A DNA stretch of 61,282 nucleotides, counting the filler, from Collodictyon triciliatum (lineage: Eukaryota): the NCBI GenBank assembly GCA_043381765.1. It is 4 parts of 4 records of this genome, joined end to end, with 100 filler letters (N's around TTAATTAATTAA, not from the genome) between each part and the next. Parts side by side here need not be neighbours in the genome. Positions count along the whole stretch, not along the records: positions 1 to 16,529 come from JBHJMP010000605.1; positions 16,630 to 41,536 come from JBHJMP010000606.1; 2 more parts are not named here. One strand, given 5' to 3'. The notes beneath the pieces are model-generated. The model was not told the origin of the DNA, did not search any database, and saw nothing but the letters and a program-made list of their open reading frames with translations. This document shows, one piece after another, positions 12,822 through 23,502 of the stretch. A program made the position numbers and the translations under genes. How positions within the stretch are numbered: position 1 is the stretch's first letter; each line of letters opens with the position of its first letter.

Positions 12822-13808
12822 GAGTTAGCTATTAGTTGGCAAGAGGTGGGGGGTTTTTTTCGAGCGGGTTTCTTTCCTTCTTTCTGCCTCCTTTGCTGAA
12901 GTCCTTCTTTGATGATGGAAGGAACTTTCTATAACAGTACATAAAATACTTGAACCTCTATTCCCTCACTGTTGAAAATTAGCATAAATAAGTGGGGGCC
13001 AAGGAGCAAAAACTAAAACCTCCATGAACAAACTGAAAGGAAGAAAGTAAAACCAATAAAAATCAGTAAATAAAAGCAAATAAATAATAACCAATAATAA
13101 TAATAAAAAAAAAAAAACGATAAACAAGTGATTACAACAACACTGATAAATAATCAAGTACGCAGGCTAGCTAATCGGTACGAGAGTTGTGCTTTTTTTT
13201 CTCTTATTTCAACAAGCGGGTTATATTGACCACTCCTCGCCAATATGCAAGAGGTATCAGCAAAATGGGGGGGAGGTCCCTTCTTTCTCAGCCGTGCGGC
13301 TTGACAAAGACATAAACACACTGTTTGCACAAGGCGTTCGAATATATCAAAGGTTTCTTGGCAAAACGCGCCATCGGCTCGTGATCACTACTTTGTAGCA
13401 TTCACACGCCTGTTTCTCATTCTATCACCCAAGAGAAAATCGCAAGCGATTCACACAACTCTACTCATCACACGTCTGCAACCCGCGGCGTCAAACCAAC
13501 CGAGCGTCCGCCCAAGACTTTATAATTTGCTTTGATACTTTCGGTTTTTTCCCTTCTTCGCCTCACCTTTGAGGAAAAGTGAACCCAATCAAAGAAATCG
13601 TTACGCTTGTAGACGGATTGGGGGTGTCCGTTCAATGTCTTTATCTGGAATTAAATGTACGGTACAGTGCTGTGGTGCTGGCGGGACGGGCTTGGTCGTG
13701 GGTGGTGGTTTGACGCCAATAAAAATTCATTCAAAGACACATCAGGGAGAGAGCGAGGACAAAGTCAGATTTTATTCGGTCTTTTTCTTTTTTGACATTT
13801 TCTGATAG

Positions 13809-14023
13809 TATGTCAGGAGTGTTGTCCCAAGGTTTCCAAAAGAAAGAATGAGGAACAGGACGCCGCAGACGAGTACCTGTTAAGTGAAAAGCAGGTAATT
13901 AGCCAACACTGATCATGCGGGTGGCCCTGGTTTAAGTGGAAATATGAACCTGTATCTCAGATGTGCGGGATACATAGATTGATAAAAGTGTGATTCCATT
14001 CCAGAATTGAAACCCCTGACATA
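13809..14023 (+). other. Unassigned ~215-nt element with terminal inverted repeat and nested helices (candidate structured ncRNA, MITE or solo LTR)
   Basis: TATGTCAGG(13809-17)/CCTGACATA(14015-23) encloses AGTGTTG/CAACACT, TACCTG/CAGGTA, CTGG+AGTGGAA/TTCCATT+CCAG and TGTATCTC/GGGATACA. A T5 run follows at 14029-33. Confidence 0.4.
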
Positions 14024-14140
14024 TATGATTTTTAGTTCATTTATTTATTTACTTTGTAAAAAAAAAAGAAATAAAAGAGTACTGACGAGTGCCATAAATA
14101 AAAGATAGTGCATACATATATACATCATTTTATTGATGAT

Positions 14141-15475
14141 CTAAGAGACTGCTCGACCGACCTGTCCAAACACTAAGAAAGGCAGGAGAACAACCATACT
14201 AGGAGCCCAATGGACTTGAGGCGTGTCAGTGCAAACGACAGTCATCTGATCCGCTTTTTCCATGGCAACAAGTTCATACACTCTCTTTGTTTGATATTGG
14301 TGCTGAAGATACTGCAAGAACACTGTAGAGTTTAATGGTCACAGAGACCATTCCCATAAGGAAGAAGAACAAAGAAGTAAAAAAAAAAGGAATTGATGTT
14401 ACAAAGAATTGAATTGAACTTCTGGTATCTAAAAAAGAAAAAAATTGACGAATAAATAATAATTTAAGAAAGTAATTATCCATATATTACCAGTATAGAG
14501 GGCATAGCTAAGAAATTGGGTCTTGAAAAGGTCATAGCTTTCACCGTAAGACCAGGTAAGAAGCGCACAACAAAGGGCTATGCTCAAGTAGTGATGGGCG
14601 ATCCACCAAGGCTTGATCTCACTTCCATTATTTCGAAGGATGTTCTCACGAATGGTCACCGAAATGTAATATTGCAGCAATTGGAAGTGGTAGAAGGAGA
14701 GGATCGGCTTCCATCCAGTCAAGAAAATGAGAATGATCACCAGGGCTGGAGATATACGCAATGGGCATGGATGAATGGCAACAGACAATTGACATGATGT
14801 TATTTTGTAATGCAGATAAATGTTTTCATATAGTAACGTTATCACATAGACCCTGATCAGTTATTACGAGCGTGTCGCAAAAATTCATTACCGGACGTTC
14901 TGTTGGCTCGGAGCTTGAATGACTCATATTCTTTCTTGTAATTAAGTTTGTCAGTGCGATTCAGGAGAACGGTGTTGAAGCTGGAACCTATAAAGTGGTT
15001 CAAAAACCAGCTAAGGGAAAGTAGTGTGAGTGAGCCATGATCCTACATAGTAGAAAATATAAAGGAAAAATTCGCTGAGTTTGCAAGAGACCTTATAAAA
15101 TATAGTGTAAGTATTATTTGTTATTCAGAAGGACAGTGATTTAGATCGAAAGGTTGAGCCGCACTTGTTTGGCTTGGGAAGTTTTGTTGAGCAGGCTTTC
15201 CAGTCAGCCTGGACAGTAGTCACGGTCTTTTTGTACTTCTCCGCGTCAGCCTCTGAAACAGAACCACCCTTTTGTGCAGACGCCAAAGCTTCGTTGATTT
15301 CCTTCGCCTGCTTTGTCTCTTTCTTTTGAGCGGACAGAAGCTTTTGCTGCAGCTCAAACATCTGCTTCAGGGTTGCATCATACTCTTTGATGAGATTAAC
15401 GCTGGCTGAGTGGCTCTTTTCAAGCTGCTGGAAGTCCTTCTCCAGCTCGGTCTGGGCCGCACTTGGGCTGCTCAT
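14141..15475 (-). CDS. TMEM120: TMEM120 (TMPIT) family membrane protein, 4 exons
   Basis: Coiled-coil N-terminus; FYHFQLLQYYISVTIRENILRNNGSEIKPWWIAHHYLS and FLQYLQHQYQTKRVYELVAMEKA match TMEM120 motifs. Confidence 0.9.
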
Positions 15476-16146
15476 TTGTTATCCTGACTCAGGTACGAAG
15501 TAAGTCAAGCTGCAGCGAAGGGAAAAGAAATCAACCAGCCAAAGACTTTGAGAGTGAAGAAAGCTCTCTTGGAGCGAACGGGGACAATGGCTATACGTGT
15601 CGTTTGTCTGCTGGCTTGGGTTTACGCTATCTTGGCTCTTATGCTTGTGTAATCAAAGTTGGGAGCCAATCGCACGATCCGCCTCTGTGTTGGCGGGTTT
15701 TGGTGGCTGTCTGTTGTTTTGTGGAAGAGGATTCTGTAAACCAATCCAATAGTGGATAATACAGGTGAAACCCCATGTCGAGGGTGGAAGCAACCATTGA
15801 ATGGCGCGGGAGTTGTCCGCCGCGCAAGGTGCATAAAAGAGGGTTGGAAAAATTGAAAGAGTAAAGACAGTCTGTGTTCGAAAGTTTCGGCAATTCAACA
15901 GCAGATATGCCATATTGGTGAGAAAGGAGAAGTGCGTCCAAATCGATATTTAAGTATGTAATCGCGGATTGAGACCATAAATAGTAGAATAGATATTCAT
16001 TCAATCACAAAAAGTAGAATAGATAGTAAGATCAAAAAAGCGGAAGAGATAGTAATTCAATCACAAGAATTAGAATATATAGTGAAATAAATAAAGGAAA
16101 AAAAAAAGAATATATAGTGAAATCACATAACGTAGAATAGATACTA

Positions 16147-16529
16147 ATTCAATTACATTAGGTATAATATATACTGATTCAATATAGTTTGATACATTAT
16201 AAACTAATTCAATATAGTTTGATACATTATAAACTAATTCAATACACTTTGATACATTATAAATTAATTCAATATAGTTTCATAAATTATAAATTAATTC
16301 AATACAGTTTCATACATTATAAACTAATTCAATATGGTTTGATACATTATAAACTAATTCAATATAGTTTGATACATTATAAACTAATTCAATATAGTTT
16401 GATATATTATAAACTAATTCAATATAGTTTGATACATTATAAATTAATTCAATATAGTTTCATAAATTATAAATTAATTCAATACAGTTTCATACATTAT
16501 AAACTAATTCAATATGGTTTGATACATTA
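16147..16529. repeat. 30-bp AT-rich minisatellite (AAACTAATTCAATATAGTTTGATACATTAT)n running into a contig end
   Basis: About 12 copies; degenerate related units extend upstream to about 15980. Confidence 0.95.
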
Positions 16530-16573
16530 NNNNNNNNNNNNNNNNNNNNNNNNNNNNNNNNNNNNNNNNNNNN

Positions 16574-16585
16574 TTAATTAATTAA
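16574..16585. other. Artificial all-frame-stop linker TTAATTAATTAA within N run (contig join)
   Basis: The identical 12-mer sits in the centre of about 100-nt N blocks here and at 41581 and 54991. Confidence 0.9.
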
Positions 16586-16629
16586 NNNNNNNNNNNNNNN
16601 NNNNNNNNNNNNNNNNNNNNNNNNNNNNN

Positions 16630-16695
<66 letters not shown>

Positions 16696-17086
16696 TTTTC
16701 TTTTTTTTTGTTTTCTTTTTTTTCTTTTTCTCCTTCCATTTGCAATTACCCAAGAATGTTTTGACATCCTCAAATATGATTTAGGAAAAGCTAAGGAAAG
16801 AAACAGGCAAGGATTACTATCAAGTGCTATCAATTGTAGAAATGGGTTTGAATACTCGCGATACTGGAAGGAGACATGTGCGCATACGATTTAAACCCCT
16901 CTTGTTAATTTGATCTTTTTAGTCTCTTTTAAGAATCAGGTGTCATCTTTTCCATTCATGTCAACTACATGATTATTGTATCGAATTTATTATAATATTT
17001 ATCTTTATTTTTTTTTTGTCTAAGCTAGTCTTTTATTTCTATGGCCACCTGATGCAGTATTTAAACATACCCTCGTTAATTGCCAG

Positions 17087-18428
17087 GTCCAATCACCTCG
17101 TGCACTGGTGAGAGGGCATGATTTTCTTTACAATCACGACGTTGTAATGAGAAACCCCGCACCAGTTCCACCGACCTTTCCTCGTGAAGGCCTTGAGGAA
17201 CATCCACCAGAACATATAATTGCATTTCAAAGTAATAGCCTCTTCATTTATTCATCCCAGAGCTGTATAGATTAAAGGCCGTCTTGTAATGTAGCACCTC
17301 GGGAGAGGCCTTATGATGAAGCTGTTTTTGTGAATCAACGAGAAATCAGCAGCAACCTTGAAGAGGAAAAATTGGAATTTAGGTTTACCTATTTCTCATT
17401 CTTGACTATTTGTATTCCTTTTTGTCCGTTTGGTAGTTTTGCTCTTATTTTTATACTCAAAGTTACATAAGGTATGTCCTAGTGAAAAAATATAATTTCA
17501 TAATTATTCAAAAAAGTTGAGTCTCAAGCTGTCTAATCTCTTAGTAAGGATGACAAATTTTCTCATCTCAAATCTAAAGCATATCACTTACCTTTATAAG
17601 GCGAATGCAAGCTTTAGAAAAGAAGGACATTCATGAAGCTCAATACGGAAATGTAATGGATTTAAAAATACCCCCAAATGAGGTACAAATCCGCATTCCC
17701 AAACGGCCCAAAGCACCCAAACCGCTTAACGTATGCTAATTTTAATTAGAATCTGTATTGAGAATGGCAAGCACATATCCATATTCTCTGCTCGTATTAT
17801 TTAGTCTTTCCCCTCAGAAAAGAAAGGACATCTGAAATTGTGCAATTTGGGAGGTTCAATTGTTTATCTCTTTTATCTGCGCCATATCTCTTTGATATCT
17901 CTGATTAAAATGCAATATTTCACAGAAAGATGAACGCATGTTTGGCCCACATATGAGGCGTATCGCCCCGCCAAATTCAGATGAGACGATAGATGATGTT
18001 GTTCTTCGATGCGGCAAACGACAAGTTGTGTACGTAGAATGTTTTGAATATACAATGGTGCACTGGTCGGGAATATCCATATTTTTGAAGATTTATTTAC
18101 GTTTATCGCGTACTTATTTCATTTGTATTAAAAGGCCACAATACACATCACCACCTGTCCATCTGGCTCAACGCAGCGAAAATCGTCCGTCAACAAACCT
18201 TGGACGAACGATGTGTATGTGATCCACAAACTCTCAAAATTTGCTCTTTATTTGATATTTTGAGTGTGAAGTCGTAATTGCCACAGACATTTATTTGCTT
18301 TGCATGTCTGTTCTCTCCCTAACGTATTGTTACATACAGTGCTGAGTGGTTCCAGGCCAGAGCAGAATGTGCAGAGATGGTCGGTCAATCAGGTTTTGGC
18401 TGCTGGTGCGCCAATCGAAATATCATGA
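17087..18428 (+). CDS. Hypothetical multi-exon protein (5' end undetermined)
   Basis: Seven exons join in consistent phase with GT-AG introns: VQSPRALVRGHDFLYNH.. / TPRERPYDEAVF.. / YKSAFPNGPKHPNRL / KERTSEIVQFG / RIAPPNSDETIDDVV / PQYTSPPVHLA / LSGSRPEQNVQRW..IEIS*. No family recognised. Confidence 0.55.
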
Positions 18429-19149
18429 TGCACAAATCGAAGTTTGCGCTCTCGTGTCAGTTTGGTGAAGCGTTTATTCAATAAACAACCAAATGTTGTA
18501 GTTTTTTTGTTGTTTTGTTGTTTTTTTTTTATTTTTTATTTTTACAAAGACTTCGCACCCTAGTCTTTATTTTGTTTGTGCTGAATGTAGCGCATTAAAT
18601 TGAATGCAAAGGAGGAGGCAATACAAAGGTTTCTCTGGCCGAAGGCGTTTCTTAGTCTCACGCATTTTTATTTTATTTTTTTTATTTTTTTATTTTTTAC
18701 TTTTTTTACTTTTTTATTTTTTTATTTTTTTACTTTTTTATTTTTTTACTTTTTTATTTTTTTATTTTTTTATTTTTTTACATCTTATTCCCACTCACTC
18801 CACAAACTCCACAAAAGCGCCTTTTCCATAAAGAGACCCAAATGCCATTCTCCAACGCCCTTAAATTCCACTTATGTCGATTTCTCCAAGGTCTCTCCAT
18901 TCAATGAAAGTTCTGCCCTTTCCGTTATTGGAAAGAAACCAGACTCGACCTATATTTACCCCAAATGAATTTGCCCATCATTTCTTTCGGATATTCGCTT
19001 GTCAACCACGCCGCACTGCTCGAATACCAAAAACGCTGCCAATCCTAAGATATACTTCGTATGTCTGCCTCTCGTGCTTCTCTTGTATCCTTTGTTTCTT
19101 TGTTTCTCCTGCTTCTCTTGCTTCTCTTGCTTCTCTTGCCTCCCTTGCT

Positions 19150-19305
19150 TTTCTTTGATTGTTTCTTTGTTTCTTTGTTTCTTTGTTTCTTTGTTTCTTT
19201 GTTTCTTTGTTTCTTTGTTTCTTTGTTTCTTTGTTTCTTTGTTTCTTTGTTTCTTTGTTTCTTTGTTTCTTTGTTTCTTTGTTTCTTTGTTTCTTTGTTT
19301 CTTTG
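19150..19305. repeat. (TTTCTTTG)n microsatellite
   Basis: Directly visible; it generates spurious ORFs. Confidence 0.95.
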
Positions 19306-19692
19306 GAAGGTCGCAATCGACGACATCAACAGCCCGCCTCGGCTCCAAGATCAGAGCCAGGCTGGCGTTGGCTGTGTGGGGTGGAGAATCAGCAGCGGCT
19401 GACTCGGCCTCTTGGTCGCAGCCAATCGATGCTTTGGTTCTTGGGAAACAAATATCACCTCTTCCTGTTAATTATCTTGGGCATTATATTAACCAGAGAG
19501 AACGAATCGAATAACAATTGGCACCAATTTCTTTCTCCTCTTCTGCCCCTCTTTTTCTTTTTATTCCTTTTTTTTTCTGAAATTATCATTATTCTTATTC
19601 TCATTCTCATTATTCTTATTTTCCTTTCTTTGCTTCAGCCAAGGATGACTCCTTCAGAATAAAATATGATGAAAATACCCTGATTTTTTAGG

Positions 19693-20002
19693 ATGAACCG
19701 CCGCATAGCTGCGTATGCCTTTGCCCTTTGCTGTGCGCTGATTGTCGCACACGTCACGGCCGTTCCTGTTGGAAACCGACCTTTCCAAGGAGGTGCAGGT
19801 TTGCAGTCGTATAAACAAATGTTTTCTTTACCTGTTGAATAAGTCGACTTCGACTTAGGGGCATATTTGACTTGCAGGTGCTCCACCAGACTTACCCGGC
19901 TGTGAGGTCTTCACTGACAATCGTTGCCAGGGAAATAATATTGAGACTCCGAGCCAATACGCCAATCGCCAGTGGCAGACCCCTGTTCCCAGTCTGTGCT
20001 TT

Positions 20003-20097
<95 letters not shown>

Positions 20098-20431
20098 CTA
20101 GATTTTAGAATTAGTTTTCCCTTGTGTTTTCTTTTGCACTCGTTTCTGCAAGTCTTTTTGTTCGAGTTCCATGATAAGCAGTGGGTCGTGTCTCGAGTGC
20201 ACAAGATTTTACTTATTGCTTGCCATGTGCTGTCCATCAGGCGATCCGTACTATCAAGGATCATACCAAAGCATGCATCAGCTTGTGGGACATATTTCTC
20301 GCAAGTACACAAGCGATCATCTTTCATGCACAGTGACCATTGTCACGCAGCTCAGAAATACTGGTGAAGTGTTGACCTACTACTTTGACCATGTTGCTCA
20401 GGTTTTTAATTTTACGGGTGAAATGTGTATG

Positions 20432-20515
<84 letters not shown>

Positions 20516-22356
20516 TTGTTGTTGTTGTTGTTGTTTAATAATGGTCGTTCCTATCTGAATGTACAAGTGATATGAGCTTAATTCATGAATTTACTGTCTT
20601 TACACAGAGTTCGCCATCAAAGACATACACATCTTCGCATCGCACTCCTGTCCAGGTCTTTTCATGTTGCTGAGAATGATCCTGTTGTTCATGGGAAAAT
20701 GTAATATGTTTCTGTTCTAACCCTGCTGTTTCTTGTTGTTGTTTTTTTTCTGTTCCTTATTCTTTTATGAAAGATTCATGTTTCAGGATCGATGGGTTCA
20801 AAACTCGCCCTGGATGATGTTGAATTCATCTGGTTTGTAGAAATAATTTTTGTAATTTTTATTTTGAGTATCAGAGTCTCATCCTGTTGGGTTATTATTG
20901 AAGGATGCACTCACCTATCAACCACAACTCGGGTGATTATCGCCGTGGTCAGAAGGGAGCCATTGGTCTGTTATCTTGTTTCCTGCGTCCATCATCCTCT
21001 GCATGAATGTATCATTTTGTTACAAAGGCACATAAGCATCGCACCTTATCTTTTGTAAATGGGGTAAATCCAGTTGAGTTCTTTGGATGGCCACATAAGG
21101 ATGTTGAAGCTGAGTGCGAATTCCTTGGAAAAGCCGGCTACATGGGTCTATAGAACTATAATTCCTCTTGTTTATCTGTTATTGAGAAACTCCTTACATG
21201 TGTCATCTTTGTCTGTGGAGTATCCTCACCTCAAAAGCGGGGTACATAATGCAGGAGCGAAACTGTTCCCCTCTAACGAGCAACTCATGTCCTGGGAACC
21301 ATACGATAACGAGCTGAATCCCTGGTCTACACTTCATTCAACTTATTTTTGTGGATTATTGGTCCTTTATTGGACATATGGCATGTTCTGAGTGTGAATT
21401 TGATTCATGCAGGTATTTTATGTACCAGCCAGTGAGCTACCGCCAGCATGGTCGCATGGGCTCTTCTCAAGATTTGCGCAGTTTAATCCGCAAATGCCGC
21501 TCTCACAACGTTTGTTGCCTTTTGTTATCCTGGCTTGGAATTATTATCATTTATATGTTTTCAGGCATCATATTTATTCCTAAACCGCTATTTCAATACC
21601 TCTCGTTTCTATTATGAATGGTTGTATTGATGTCAAACGATAGAACTAAACAATCTACACAATTCCACATTCAAAATCGCAGGTACGTGTCTTCGCTGAT
21701 GCTGTGGTCAATCACATGGTTGGATGCGGTAATGATGCCAATCACTTCCATCGCAATCCTCAAGCAGGATGTGCGCAGGTAAATCATTCCTTCTGCATAA
21801 ATAATATGTACGGGATAAAAATATTAAACCCTGATACTTGTACGGCAGTGGGGAGCAAAGACATCGAGCTCTTCCACTCCAGCTCCGTTCTATTCCCAGT
21901 GCTATGGATACAAATACAATAACCAAACATCGCAGCCACCCTCGCAAGAGTTCCCAGCTGTCCCATACGGGTAATTCAAGTCATATCTCATGACAATAGA
22001 TAGCCTTGTTTCATGCTTTCTTCTTTCCTTTCCTTTCCTTTCCTTTCCTTTCCTTTTCTTTTCTTTTCTTTTCTTTTCTTTTCTTTTCTTTTCTTTTCTT
22101 TTCTTTTCTTTTCTTTTCTTTTCTTTTCTATTTAATCCTTTGCGGTGTACTACATTTAAATGTCGAGTAATGTTGTATTTTGACAATCAAATGAAAACAA
22201 AACCGAAAAAAAAAAAAGGCCTCTTGATTTCCACTGCGAACGCTCGCTCAACTCCTGGACTGATCCCATCGCCCTGGATGCCGGCTGGTTGGTTGGCCTC
22301 ACAGACCTGAATACCGACCGCGACTACGTGCGCCAAAGAATCGCTGATTATATGAC
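19693..22356 (+). CDS. Secreted GH13 alpha-amylase, N-terminal half (11 introns), cut by gap
   Basis: Signal peptide MNRRIAAYAFALCCALIVAHVTA; GQKGAIVEFFGWPH, NPWYFMYQPVSY, VRVFADAVVNHM (GH13 region I), GPLDFHCER and LVGLTDLNTDRDYVRQRIADYM. Confidence 0.9.
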
Positions 22357-22457
22357 NNNNNNNNNNNNNNNNNNNNNNNNNNNNNNNNNNNNNNNNNNNN
22401 NNNNNNNNNNNNNNNNNNNNNNNNNNNNNNNNNNNNNNNNNNNNNNNNNNNNNNNNC

Positions 22458-23048
22458 ATCGTTGTAGTTGAAAATACGCTTGACCAGGATAATATGAGAT
22501 TTGTAGGGTGCATAGACTTTGATTTTGTTTCTGTGAATTTCAATGACACGAGAGGAAATCAAGTGGTTACTACAGAGCAGGAGTTGGAGCTGTATGCACA
22601 CACATACCTGGCTAAATGCAAGAATTTACTACTTCAATTTCCAGGAGATGATAAGTCCGCCGAAGTTTTTCGAAAAAATCAGAAGATCTTTGAAACGAAA
22701 TTAGCTGCGAGGCATAGATCTGGACAACAAGGAACTCCTGCTCATCAAGAGCAACCTATACCACCACAATCACCACATGGAGGGAACCAACAGAGCCAGC
22801 AGAATGAAGGGCAAGTGCGACGTGGCCGACAACATACGAATCATCAACGCGATAACAGAAGTCGCCAGCAGCAAACAGGACAATCGCCAACTTTCGATAA
22901 AAGTTATAAACCCAGCTCCCCTTATCCTAAAGGGCCAAGACATGAAATTACGGCACAGGAGCAACATGCCCGAGGAGCCGGAAACAGTCAAAATCGGAAC
23001 GCTTATGGACCGTCAGATGGTCCGAATAGTGATGACTGGAGAAAATAA
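22458..23048 (+). CDS. 3' exon of a hypothetical protein (globular-looking segment plus Q/R/S-rich tail), 5' part in gap
   Basis: About 195 open codons from the gap edge to TAA at 23046-48; not amylase-like. Confidence 0.55.
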   Translation: MVVVENTLDQDNMRFVGCIDFDFVSVNFNDTRGNQVVTTEQELELYAHTYLAKCKNLLLQFPGDDKSAEVFRKNQKIFETKLAARHRSGQQGTPAHQEQPIPPQSPHGGNQQSQQNEGQVRRGRQHTNHQRDNRSRQQQTGQSPTFDKSYKPSSPYPKGPRHEITAQEQHARGAGNSQNRNAYGPSDGPNSDDWRK

Positions 23049-23502
23049 ACAAAAAGCAGGGCCAACGAAGAATCGATTCACAGAAAGGGTAACACCATCA
23101 TAACTCTGCCTTCACCGTGTATATATCGTCGTCTCTGCAAAAAGCCTTTGTGATGACAGCATTTTCATTTATGATTACTGAACCACCTTGTTAACAGGTT
23201 AAGACGCCAATCCCACTCATGACACACAGTCACAGAACTACCGTCATCTCCCGGCTTGTGAAGGAGACAAGAAGAAAAAGAAACAACTCAACGCGCACAT
23301 CTGCAACCTCAAATAAAGAGGAATCAAATAACTGAAGTACAAGCCTCCTCGGGAAAATATGCCCTTGGTCCATCCAACGTTGTAGTCAATGCTTTTTTTT
23401 CTGTCACTTTCCTCTTCTATTTTTTTCCCTTGCATTTATTTGTTGCGTTGTTCTCTGAGAGGTCGCCCATGCACCTTCACTTTCTCTTTTGCAGCCCCGA
23501 TT

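Noticed and set aside
13809..14023. RNase P/MRP, SRP, TPP riboswitch or hammerhead identity for the structured element
   Set aside because: The P4-like pairing lies too close to the 5' end (no room for P2/P3) and lacks GGAA. The SRP helix-8, TPP and hammerhead core motifs are only partial.
16147..16529. CRISPR array or coding repeat (ORF 16189-16581)
   Set aside because: Units are contiguous with no unique spacers, the context is eukaryotic and no cas genes are present; the ORF is a by-product of the repeat.
17232..17294. Apparent in-frame TAA readthrough or alternative genetic code
   Set aside because: A 63-nt GT-AG intron removes the stop; TAA, TAG and TGA all end recognised genes in this window.
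18600..19660. Multiple ORFs around the TTTCTTTG repeat and possible small exons at 18820-19060
   Set aside because: The long ORFs are microsatellite artefacts; candidate exons can be read on either strand without a convincing product.
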